From assembly GCA_017629175.1 (NCBI GenBank), contig JAGBXS010000079.1, positions 1 to 55,235 on the forward strand: a DNA stretch of 55,235 bases. The letters are read 5' to 3'. Shown here piece by piece: positions 27,427 to 35,296 of the stretch (positions are counted from its first letter, which is position 1; the number at the start of each line of letters is the position of its first letter). The translations under genes were made by a program, and so were the position numbers. Below the pieces are notes generated by a model. It searched no databases, had not been told where the DNA came from, and saw nothing but the letters and a program-made list of their open reading frames with translations. Source of the stretch: Clostridia bacterium. Lineage in GTDB: Bacteria > Bacillota > Clostridia > Oscillospirales > CAG-382.

Positions 27427-27447
27427 AGAATCAGAAGATTTTTGCAA
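27419..27447 (-). promoter_or_regulatory. candidate sigma-A promoter for proBA, with its -10 overlapping the maf -10
   Basis: Minus strand: TTGCAA, 17 nt, TATAAT. Both -10 boxes lie in the palindromic TATTATAATA. Confidence 0.5.
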
Positions 27448-27490
27448 TAGCAAAATCATATTTTTTACGCAAGAAAACGGAGTTTTTAAC

Positions 27491-28051
27491 ATGATGGGCA
27501 AGAGCATTCTTTTGGCATCCGCCTCTCCCAGGCGGAGGGAGATCTTAGAGACCGCAGGAATCCCCTTTACGGTGGTACCTTCCTTTGGGGAGGAGATCTG
27601 CCCCCAGGGGCTTTCCGTGGAGGAGGTAGTGGCAGAAAACGCCAAGGCAAAGGCGTTGGAGGTGTCCTCCCGCTTCCCCGGGCAGATCGTGCTGGGGGCG
27701 GATACCCTGGTAGAATACGGCGGCACCAAGCTGGGCAAGCCCAAGGATCGCGCCCACGCCGCAGAGATGCTTCGCTTCCTTTCCGGGAAGACCCATCGGG
27801 TGCTGACGGGGGTGTGTATCACCGACGGAACGAACACCAAGACAGAAGTCTCCGTTTCCCAAGTCACCTTCCGTGAGCTGAGCGAGGAGTTGATCTCCAC
27901 CTACGTTTCCACGGGCGAATGCGACGACAAGGCGGGCGCCTACGGCATCCAGGGCAAGGGATGCATCCTGGTAGAAAAGATCGAAGGAGACTACTTCTCC
28001 ATCGTCGGTCTGCCCATCTGCACCGTGTATAAAATGTTAGAGGAGTTTTGA
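27491..28051 (+). CDS. maf: Maf-family nucleoside triphosphate pyrophosphatase (septum formation protein)
   Basis: ILLASASPRRREIL N-terminus and KAGAYGIQG near the C-terminus. The track start at 27398 is an A/T-rich extension. Confidence 0.9.
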   Translation: MMGKSILLASASPRRREILETAGIPFTVVPSFGEEICPQGLSVEEVVAENAKAKALEVSSRFPGQIVLGADTLVEYGGTKLGKPKDRAHAAEMLRFLSGKTHRVLTGVCITDGTNTKTEVSVSQVTFRELSEELISTYVSTGECDDKAGAYGIQGKGCILVEKIEGDYFSIVGLPICTVYKMLEEF

Positions 28052-28057
28052 GACGAA

Positions 28058-28085
28058 AAACCACCGAGGGCGTCCTCGGTGGTTT
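28058..28085. terminator. bidirectional intrinsic terminator (maf on +, lipoprotein gene on -)
   Basis: 12-bp stem aaaccaccgagg / cctcggtggttt with a 4-nt loop. A-run before and T/G-rich tract after. Confidence 0.8.
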
Positions 28086-28100
28086 GTGTTGTGTATTGGT

Positions 28101-28709
28101 TTACTTATATATTGCAGCGAAGATGTAAAAGGCTTCGTCCTCGTTACAGGTTAGTTCAAGAATCTCCTTCTTGGTCATACAGGCGTAGAAACAAAAATCA
28201 TCTGTAATTCCGCCTAAAGCCGCCTGTTCGTCCGAAACGTGAATGGTACGATATATCTTGTAAAACCACTCATGCTTGTACAGGTACAATAGATCTGTGG
28301 CAAGATTGGCTGCTTTCAGATCTTCTCCTGACTCGATGATCTCATAATACTCTCTGACAGTTTTTCCTTCCAAGACGGTATTCCAATATTCCTCCGGAAG
28401 CATAGACTTAAAGCTTACGATCACCCGCAAGCGGAGATTATCCGGCATATCCTCCATAGCTTTGACCAGATACGGAGAAACCTTCACGGTTCCCATGGGG
28501 ACTTTTACATCAAATGCTCCACTACCGTCCGTTTCAAGCCAAATCGCATTTTCAAAGTGAAAATCTTTCCAAGAGCCGTCCCCCCACGTTCTGTAGAGAT
28601 AATCGTCCGCATTGGCATATTGCTCCGAAGCTGTCGAGGTGGTTTCTTCTGCATTGCACGAGGTCAAAAGGAAGAGCGCTGCCAGTATCAATACGATTGT
28701 TTTCTTCAT
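28101..28709 (-). CDS. hypothetical lipoprotein (A+T-richer islet)
   Basis: Signal peptide plus lipobox LLTSC. No family recognised. Composition differs from neighbouring genes. Confidence 0.7.
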   Translation of the reverse strand: MKKTIVLILAALFLLTSCNAEETTSTASEQYANADDYLYRTWGDGSWKDFHFENAIWLETDGSGAFDVKVPMGTVKVSPYLVKAMEDMPDNLRLRVIVSFKSMLPEEYWNTVLEGKTVREYYEIIESGEDLKAANLATDLLYLYKHEWFYKIYRTIHVSDEQAALGGITDDFCFYACMTKKEILELTCNEDEAFYIFAAIYK

Positions 28710-28736
28710 TGTATTTCTCCTTCCGAAACTGTTTGG

Positions 28737-29060
28737 TTACGCTTGTTGCGTTGCTCTCCAATGCACCAACCAAGCGGCGCAAACGCCTATAAAGGGAATT
28801 CCGAATGCAATAGCCAATATCAATGCAACAAGTTCGTTCACGTTTGCCAAGCCTGCAGATTGCCCGGGGAAAGCACCCGTATACAGCAATGTAACAAAAA
28901 CGAACAGTGCCGCAAACAGATACATCGGAATCAGTTTGATATGTAAGTGTTTTACCTTTCGGCACAGAAGCAACTGAATTTTATAAACAGCAACTGCCAA
29001 AAGAGGTCCCACCACAAATGCAAGTATGGGATCATTAAAAATAAATTCAAGGATAAACAT
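28737..29060 (-). CDS. hypothetical small membrane protein (about 3 TM helices)
   Basis: 107 aa and hydrophobic. AGGAGC SD 5 nt upstream. Same A+T-richer composition as the lipoprotein gene. Confidence 0.65.
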   Translation of the reverse strand: MFILEFIFNDPILAFVVGPLLAVAVYKIQLLLCRKVKHLHIKLIPMYLFAALFVFVTLLYTGAFPGQSAGLANVNELVALILAIAFGIPFIGVCAAWLVHWRATQQA

Positions 29061-29177
29061 AATAGCTCCTTCCTATATGTTGCTCCATCGCCGCTAGTGC
29101 AACGTGATCGCAACAAGGACCATTTTTGCTTTACAAAGCAGATATATGAGCCATTGGACTCCCCTCCTTACGGTTTC

Positions 29178-29206
29178 AATATACCATAAACCCAAAACAA
29201 TGTCAA
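29178..29206 (-). promoter_or_regulatory. near-consensus sigma-A promoter for the islet operon
   Basis: Minus strand: TTGACA, 17 nt, TATATT with TGn. Confidence 0.6.
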
Positions 29207-29254
29207 CGGTGACCATGAAAACTTTACAATTGTTAACAAAACATCCTACCACAC

Positions 29255-29284
29255 AAAAAGACTCCGCTTTTTTGGCGGAGACTT
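29255..29284 (-). terminator. terminator-like hairpin, copy 1 of a ~29-bp direct repeat
   Basis: aaaagactccgc tttttt ggcggagactt has one internal mismatch. On the minus strand it is followed by TTTTTGTG. Confidence 0.55.
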
Positions 29285-29371
29285 CAGGCTGACGAAAAAT
29301 CTTGCATCAAAAGCATCAAATGGCAAATTGCCCAAACACATTTTTCGGGAGAGCAAAACGAACGGGCGGAA

Positions 29372-29432
29372 CATGGGCTCCCTCCGGGAGGGAGCTGTCG
29401 CCCATAAGGGCGACTGAGGGAGCCCGCGGGAG
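29372..29432 (+). repeat. two-hairpin repeat module, copy A
   Basis: gctccctcc g ggagggagc hairpin, then gtcgccc ataa gggcgac hairpin, then gagggagcc, which can pair back to the first arm. Confidence 0.6.
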
Positions 29433-29520
29433 ATGAAGTAGTCTTTTCGATAAAGATAGAGCCTTTGCTGTGTTCAAACTGCGCGCGCATTCGCTTTTGA
29501 TAAAGACATTGTTTTCGATG

Positions 29521-29585
29521 CTCGCAGGCTCCTTCCGTCATTTTCTGACGAAAATGCCACCTCCCTCCCGGAGGGAGGCTCATGG
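29521..29585 (-). repeat. two-hairpin repeat module, copy B (inverted relative to copy A)
   Basis: The reverse complement reads catgagcctccctcc g ggagggagg tggcattttc gtca gaaaatgac ggaaggagcc. Same architecture as copy A, but with a different second-hairpin sequence. Confidence 0.6.
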
Positions 29586-29644
29586 TTACTTCACCTTTGT
29601 GTATTTTGCCAACCACACTGTAAAAATGATACTTTGTCATCAGT

Positions 29645-29674
29645 CAAAAGACTCCGCTTTTTCGGCGGAGTCTT
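29645..29674 (-). terminator. intrinsic terminator of the 32086..29681 operon; copy 2 of the ~29-bp direct repeat
   Basis: Perfect 10-bp stem aagactccgc / gcggagtctt with a 7-nt loop. On the minus strand it is followed by TTTTGAC. Confidence 0.65.
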
Positions 29675-29680
29675 GCTGTT

Positions 29681-30508
29681 TTATCTTCCCAAAAGGGTGT
29701 TCATATAGGTTGCGGAGTATGCGATGGATTCCATGGGGGTGTCCCCTGCGGCGGGGGAATCCTGCTCCACGATGAGCCATTCCGTGCCTGCTTCCTCGGC
29801 GGCGGCGAGAATAGAGGGAATGTCCTGGCATCCTCTGCCAACGGGTTGGAGGGAGAAGGGCTCTGCATCGGCAGGGCGGGTGAACTTCAGCCCGAAGTTG
29901 TCGTAGCGACTTTGTTCGGGAATGCCGGAGAAGTCCTTGAGATGCACCAGGGGTGCTCTGCCCGGGTACTTACGCACCAAGGCGGCGGGATCGTTCCCTG
30001 CAGTCTTTGCCCAGCAGACGTCGATCTCCGTCTGCAACAAGTCATCGCCTGCACAGGCGTAGATGGCTTCCAAAGCGAATCTGCCGTCGGGCAGTACGAA
30101 GAACTCAAAATCGTGGTTGTGGTACAGCAGGGTCATGCCCTCTGCCTTGCAGGCTTCTGCCAGCTCTTCAATCTCTGCCGCGGCTTTCTCGAAGTTTGCA
30201 CCGTTCGGTCTGTCCTCATCCGCCATGCTTGCCACGGCGATGTAGCGGCATCCCGCTCTGCGGTACTGCTCTGCAACGGCTTTTGCGCCCATGCCGCGGG
30301 TCTCCCAAAGGCCGGTGTGGGCGGAGATGATCTCAAGACCTACAGACTCTGCCAAGGCCTTCAGCTCCTCGGGAGTCTTACCGTACAGCCCTGCCAGCTC
30401 CACGCCGTCGTAGCCCATAGCCTTTACGGTTTTCAGGGTGGCTTCAATATCCTTTGCGGCATCGTCTCTCACGGAGTACAGCTGCACGCCTAATTTAAAT
30501 GCTTTCAT
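29681..30508 (-). CDS. sugar phosphate isomerase/epimerase (xylose-isomerase-like TIM barrel)
   Basis: 275 aa. GYDGVEL, YHNHDFEF, HLKD and IVEQD motifs are typical of the family. Confidence 0.88.
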   Translation of the reverse strand: MKAFKLGVQLYSVRDDAAKDIEATLKTVKAMGYDGVELAGLYGKTPEELKALAESVGLEIISAHTGLWETRGMGAKAVAEQYRRAGCRYIAVASMADEDRPNGANFEKAAAEIEELAEACKAEGMTLLYHNHDFEFFVLPDGRFALEAIYACAGDDLLQTEIDVCWAKTAGNDPAALVRKYPGRAPLVHLKDFSGIPEQSRYDNFGLKFTRPADAEPFSLQPVGRGCQDIPSILAAAEEAGTEWLIVEQDSPAAGDTPMESIAYSATYMNTLLGR

Positions 30509-30855
30509 TTCCGTTTCTTGCCTTTCTTAGAAACCAGTTTTCCCAACAGCAAGCCGCCGCAGAAGGCGCCTGCCACCAGGAGGGGGGTAAGATTTTTCTT
30601 TTTGGGAGCCTCTTCCGCTTCTTCAATCTGCTCCTCACGCAGTTCCATGCCGTCGATGGCACCGTGGAGGGACTCCAAGGCTTCTTCCATGGCGGTGTCA
30701 TCCGCTTCCGTCTGGGAAAGCACCACCTTGGCGTATCCGATGGCGGTGACCAGATCGTAATAGCTCTTCATGGCGTAGAGACGGTCGTCCAGCAAAAGGC
30801 TTGCCGCCTCGATCTCTTCCGTCAGTTCCGTGCGTAAATCTTTCAATTCTTCCAT
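30505..30855 (-). CDS. hypothetical acidic helical protein with a C-terminal TM anchor
   Basis: 116 aa from MEELKDL. Predicted helical acidic body, then LLVAGAFCGGLLLGKLV and a KKGKKRK tail. 4-nt overlap with the downstream TIM-barrel gene. Confidence 0.6.
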   Translation of the reverse strand: MEELKDLRTELTEEIEAASLLLDDRLYAMKSYYDLVTAIGYAKVVLSQTEADDTAMEEALESLHGAIDGMELREEQIEEAEEAPKKKNLTPLLVAGAFCGGLLLGKLVSKKGKKRK

Positions 30856-30859
30856 ATGC

Positions 30860-32086
30860 TTACAGTGCCCAATTTCCGTTCTCAAAGATGGGGGTCGCCT
30901 TGCCGTCCTTCCAGCCTACGATGGACATATCGGGAGTGCCGATCATAAAGTCCACGTGTACCTGAGAGTCGTTGACACCCAGATCGTCCAGCTCTTCCTT
31001 GGTCATGGTCTCAAAGCCTTCCACGCAGTTGCTGTATCCACTGCCCACAGCCACGTGACAGCTGGCATTCTCGTCGAACAAGGTGTTGTAATACAAAATC
31101 TTTTGGTTGCTGATGGGAGAATCATAGGGCACCAACGCCAATTCACCCAGCATCAAAGCACCCTCGTCGGTCTGCATCAAGGCATCCAACGCATCCTTGC
31201 CGGTCTCGGCATCCCAGTTCACAGCCTTGCCGTCCTTGTATTCGATCCAGAAGCCGTCGATGAGAGTTCCCTGGCGGGAAAGGGGCATGGAGGACACCAA
31301 TTTACCGTCGCACTTGCCCTTCCAGGGGGTGGTGAACACCTCTTCGGTAGGCATATTGGGGTTGAAGAAGGTACCGCCCAGGGTCTTCTCCCCGCCTGCG
31401 CACCAAAGAGATTTGGGCATCAGGGTGCAGCGGAAATCCGTGCCCAGGCTGTTCTTATATTCCAGATACTCAAAGCGGTAAGCGTTGAGTTTCTCGCACT
31501 TTTCCGCCATGATGCGGTTCTTCTCTTCCCATGCGGCGATGGGATCGTTGTCGGGAGTGACCAGACAGCATTCCAAAATGGCGTTCCAAAGCTTTTCCAC
31601 CGCGGCGGCGGGACGCTCACCGGGGAACACCTTCTTTGCCCATGCCTTGCCGGGAACGGCCGCCACCAGCCACTGGTAACGGTTTTCCATCTGCTCGCGG
31701 TAGGGCTTGAAAACAGGGTAACGGCGCTGAGCCACCTTGCGCACCTTGGTCTGGTTCATACCCTTCAAGCCGTCGGGATCCTCGGAGCAAAGGCGGATCA
31801 TAGCAGGCAGGGTGTCTGCCTGGAACTTCATTTTTGCCTCCTCCCAAGCCTCTACCTTGGAAAGAGAGGTCATGGTACAGTGGCGGTATGCCAGCTTGGT
31901 AAGGGTCTGATTGCCCCACTCGATCTGCACGTCCCCCGCGCCGGCCTTATACGCCTCGTCGGCAAGGATCTCCACAAAGGGGTAAACCTCCGTTTGCGCA
32001 CGTACCACAAGGGTCTGGCCTTTTTGTATATTCACACCTACGCGCACCAACAGGCGGGCGTATTTTCTTTGCATGGTCTTATTCAT
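30860..32086 (-). CDS. aminopeptidase, M29 family (AmpS/PepS type)
   Basis: 408 aa. N-terminal KYARLLVRVGVNIQKGQ and C-terminal HVAVGSGY...HVDFMIG are typical of M29. Confidence 0.9.
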   Translation of the reverse strand: MNKTMQRKYARLLVRVGVNIQKGQTLVVRAQTEVYPFVEILADEAYKAGAGDVQIEWGNQTLTKLAYRHCTMTSLSKVEAWEEAKMKFQADTLPAMIRLCSEDPDGLKGMNQTKVRKVAQRRYPVFKPYREQMENRYQWLVAAVPGKAWAKKVFPGERPAAAVEKLWNAILECCLVTPDNDPIAAWEEKNRIMAEKCEKLNAYRFEYLEYKNSLGTDFRCTLMPKSLWCAGGEKTLGGTFFNPNMPTEEVFTTPWKGKCDGKLVSSMPLSRQGTLIDGFWIEYKDGKAVNWDAETGKDALDALMQTDEGALMLGELALVPYDSPISNQKILYYNTLFDENASCHVAVGSGYSNCVEGFETMTKEELDDLGVNDSQVHVDFMIGTPDMSIVGWKDGKATPIFENGNWAL

Positions 32087-32109
32087 GATCTTCCTCGTTC
32101 TTTCTTTTT

Positions 32110-32152
32110 TAGAAAAAAGGAAGCATACAATGAGTCATTCAATGTATGCTTC
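32110..32152 (-). terminator. intrinsic terminator after yajC
   Basis: 10-bp stem gaagcataca / tgtatgcttc. On the minus strand it is followed by TTTTTT. Confidence 0.75.
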
Positions 32153-32158
32153 TCCTTT

Positions 32159-32521
32159 TTATTTCTTCAGTTTTTTGGTATCCTTAACCTCGTGAGCCTC
32201 GGGATGAGCACGCTCTTCTACCCCGCGGACTGCCCATTTCTGGATCTGGATACGGGTACGGTCTGCACCGCTCTCGATGAGAAGCATTTCGTCCTTGATA
32301 CGAACGACCACGCCGATGATACCGCCTACGGTGGAGATCACGTCGCCGATCTCAATGGAGTTGCGCATTTCCTGGGTCTCTTTCTCCTGCTTCTTCTGAG
32401 GTCTGTACAAGAAGAAGTAGAACACAGCCACCATGACCAGGATCATACCGATCATCATCACGGAGGAGCCTGCGGTATTTACGGGAGTTGCCCCTTCCAG
32501 CGTTCTGAAAATAGTCTGCAT
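32159..32521 (-). CDS. yajC: preprotein translocase subunit YajC
   Basis: Single TM helix followed by YRPQKKQ...GDVISTVGGIIG, typical of YajC. Confidence 0.88.
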   Translation of the reverse strand: MQTIFRTLEGATPVNTAGSSVMMIGMILVMVAVFYFFLYRPQKKQEKETQEMRNSIEIGDVISTVGGIIGVVVRIKDEMLLIESGADRTRIQIQKWAVRGVEERAHPEAHEVKDTKKLKK

Positions 32522-32556
32522 GATAAAAATCCTTTCTATGATTTCCTAAATTTTCT

Positions 32557-33333
32557 TCAAATTCTGATTCGTTTTACAGAGAGACATCTTCCGCTTTGGG
32601 GGTCGATGTCAAACAGGCATCCGCAGAACACCGTTCTGCCCTCCGCCGCCTCGTAACGGGCGTGGACACCGGTCTTGTAAAACTTCACCACCTGCTCGGC
32701 ACGGGTGCCGATGATGGACTCCTCTACGCCGCACATCCCCAGATCGCTGATGAAGCCGCTTCCGCCGGGAAGCACCCGTTCATCCGCCGTCTGTACGTGG
32801 GTGTGAGTACCCCAAATGGCACTGATCTTGCCGTCAAAGCAAGCGGCAAAGGCGGCCTTCTCGCTGGTGGCCTCCCCATGGAAGTCACACACGGCGAAAT
32901 CGTACTGCCCCTTCAAGCGGGTCAATAACCGCTCCACCCCCACAAAAGGGTTGTCCACGGTGGAGTTCATATAGATCTGCCCCTGCACGTTGATGACCAA
33001 CACCCGATATCCGTAAACCCCGGAATAAATGCAGTAGCCTTTTCCCGGTGCGGCATCGGGGAAGTTCAACGGGCGAAGCACGTAAGGCTCGTCCTCCAAA
33101 AAGGAATGACAGGAAAGCTGGCGCAGGCTGTGGTTGCCTCCGGTAATCACGTCGGCACCGCTGTCCAGAATGGCTTCCGCCCCCCGTACGTCCATGCCGT
33201 TCCCCGGGGCACAATTCTCCCCGTTGACGATTACCAGATCCGCACCCTCTTGGTTGCGCAGGGCACGCAATCGCTGTTCGATACAAGCGATACCCGCCAC
33301 ACCGTATACGTCTCCCACTGCCAGGATCTTCAT
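32557..33333 (-). CDS. ymdB: TIGR00282-family metallophosphoesterase YmdB
   Basis: MKILAVGDVYG...VNGEN...GNH motifs. Directly downstream of rny, as in Bacillus. Confidence 0.9.
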   Translation of the reverse strand: MKILAVGDVYGVAGIACIEQRLRALRNQEGADLVIVNGENCAPGNGMDVRGAEAILDSGADVITGGNHSLRQLSCHSFLEDEPYVLRPLNFPDAAPGKGYCIYSGVYGYRVLVINVQGQIYMNSTVDNPFVGVERLLTRLKGQYDFAVCDFHGEATSEKAAFAACFDGKISAIWGTHTHVQTADERVLPGGSGFISDLGMCGVEESIIGTRAEQVVKFYKTGVHARYEAAEGRTVFCGCLFDIDPQSGRCLSVKRIRI

Positions 33334-33416
33334 GTTGCTGTCCGTTCCTTCCTGTTCGATGAAGGAAGGGGGTAAGCACCTTACCCCCTTACCCGAAATT
33401 CTTGCGTTGGCCTTGA

Positions 33417-34967
33417 TTATTTTGCGTATTCGCTCTGACGGGTCTCACGCACTACGTTGATCTTGATCTGACCGGGATATTCCAGCTCGGATTCTACCTT
33501 GCGGGCAATGTCCCGTGCCAAGAAGATCATCTCGTCGTCCGACACCTCGTCCGGCTTGACCATAATGCGGATCTCGCGGCCTGCCTGGATGGCAAAAGCC
33601 TTCTCGATACCCTTGAAGGAGGTAGCGATCTCTTCCAGCTTCTGCAGACGCTTGATGTAGTTTTCCAGGTTCTCGCGGCGAGCACCGGGACGTGCCGCAG
33701 AAATAGCATCTGCAGCCTGAACGATCATTGCAATATAGGTGGTGGATTCCACGTCGCCGTGATGCGCCTCGATGGCGTGGATCACTTCCTTGGATTCCTT
33801 GTACTTGCGGGCAATATCCACACCGATCTGCACGTGAGAGCCGTCGATCTCGTGGGTCATCGCCTTACCGATATCATGCAACAGACCTGCGCGCTTTGCC
33901 ATGTTGACATCCACGCCCAGCTCGGAGGCGATCATGCCGGAAAGCAAGGCTACCTCGATGGAGTGGCGCAGTACGTTCTGACCGTAGCTGGTACGGTAGC
34001 GGAGTCTGCCCAAAAGCTTGATCAGCTCGGGGTTCAAGCCGTGGATACCCGTCTCGAAGGTGGCCTGCTCGCCTGCCTTCTTGATGGCAACGTCCACTTC
34101 CTTGCGGCATTTTTCCACCATGTCTTCCACGCGGGAAGGATGAATTCTGCCATCGGAAACCAATTTCTCCAATACCAAACGGGCAACCTCTCTCCGAACG
34201 GGGTCAAAGGTGGAGATGGCGATGGCCTCGGGGGTATCGTCGATGATCAGGTCGACACCGGTGAGAGTCTCGATGGCACGAACGTTTCTGCCCTCTCTGC
34301 CGATGATACGACCCTTCATTTCGTCGTTGGGCAATGCCACGACGGAAACAGTCTGCTCGGAAACGCTGTCAGCAGCACAACGCTGGATCGCCAAAGCGAT
34401 GAGGTTCTTGGCCTTATCCTCCGCGGTCTCCTTGTACTCTGCCTCCAATTCGGAAAGTCTCATCGCCAGCTCATGGCGGGATTCACTCTCCACGCGGGAC
34501 ATCAGCTCGTCCCTTGCCTCCTCCATGCTCATCTCTGCGATGCGCTGAAGAAGCTCTGCTTGTTCTTCGATACATTTCTCGATCTCGGCCTTGCGTTCTT
34601 CGTTGGCCTTGATCTTGCTCATCAGCTGCTCTTCCTTCTTCTCAAGGTTTTCCAGCTTGCGGTCTAAGTTTTCTTCCTTTTGGGAAATGCGGCGCTCCTG
34701 ACGCTGTACCTCGGTACGTCGTTCCTTTGCCTCGCGCTCGGCTTCGTTCTTGATCTTGAATGCCTCGTCTTTGGCTTCAACGAGGATCTCTTTTTTGGCA
34801 GCCTCGGCGTCTTTCTTCGCCTCATCTACCATTCTCTTGGATTCTGCTTCTGCGGACTTGATCTTTTTCTCGGCAGTGGCTTTCCGAAGGAAATAACCGA
34901 TGATAAAGAAGACCACGGCTGCGGCAACGCCGACGCCGGCGACCACAGCAATCTCAAAGGGTCCCAT
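33417..34967 (-). CDS. rny: ribonuclease Y
   Basis: N-terminal TM helix, K/E-rich coiled coil, KH domain ([10 protein letters not shown]) and HD domain (LLHDIGKA). Confidence 0.95.
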   Translation of the reverse strand: MGPFEIAVVAGVGVAAAVVFFIIGYFLRKATAEKKIKSAEAESKRMVDEAKKDAEAAKKEILVEAKDEAFKIKNEAEREAKERRTEVQRQERRISQKEENLDRKLENLEKKEEQLMSKIKANEERKAEIEKCIEEQAELLQRIAEMSMEEARDELMSRVESESRHELAMRLSELEAEYKETAEDKAKNLIALAIQRCAADSVSEQTVSVVALPNDEMKGRIIGREGRNVRAIETLTGVDLIIDDTPEAIAISTFDPVRREVARLVLEKLVSDGRIHPSRVEDMVEKCRKEVDVAIKKAGEQATFETGIHGLNPELIKLLGRLRYRTSYGQNVLRHSIEVALLSGMIASELGVDVNMAKRAGLLHDIGKAMTHEIDGSHVQIGVDIARKYKESKEVIHAIEAHHGDVESTTYIAMIVQAADAISAARPGARRENLENYIKRLQKLEEIATSFKGIEKAFAIQAGREIRIMVKPDEVSDDEMIFLARDIARKVESELEYPGQIKINVVRETRQSEYAK

Positions 34968-35109
34968 AGATTTGCCTCCTAATATATATTCAAATCTATG
35001 CTCTCCCGATTTCTATATGGAATGCAGTATAGCGCAATACGCTGTTATTCGGGGTTCTTACATCTATGTCACATCTATATAAAATCGAAAAAGCATTCGA
35101 TCAACCCAC

Positions 35110-35138
35110 ATTATACTCCATTTTTTCTTTTCTGTAAA
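35110..35138 (-). promoter_or_regulatory. candidate sigma-A promoter for rny (implies a ~140-nt 5' UTR)
   Basis: Minus strand: TTTACA, 17 nt, TATAAT. Confidence 0.45.
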
Positions 35139-35234
35139 TAGGAAATTTGCGATCTGCCCGTGCAAAATGCAAAAATTCACAAAATGTTAATATTTCCCCA
35201 TGGGATTTTTTCGACACGGATCGCAAAAAAACGG

Positions 35235-35264
35235 TTGACGGAATAGCTTCCTTTGTGTTACAAT
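35235..35264 (+). promoter_or_regulatory. candidate sigma-A promoter for the cysteine desulfurase-thiI operon
   Basis: TTGACG, 18 nt, TACAAT with TGn. Confidence 0.5.
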
Positions 35265-35296
35265 AGGATGATATCGCTTTTCATGCGGAGAAAAAC

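Noticed and set aside
29284-29775. 118-aa minus-strand ORF (29284..29640) and 101-aa plus-strand ORF (29470..29775) in the repeat block
   Set aside because: The products are R/C/S/P-rich with no SD. The ORFs are created by the hairpin repeats (LPPGG motifs come from the CCTCCC/GGGAGG stems). I treat this region as non-coding.
30830-32656. 608-aa plus-strand ORF
   Set aside because: It runs antisense across the M29 aminopeptidase, the yajC terminator and yajC, which is not plausible as a gene.
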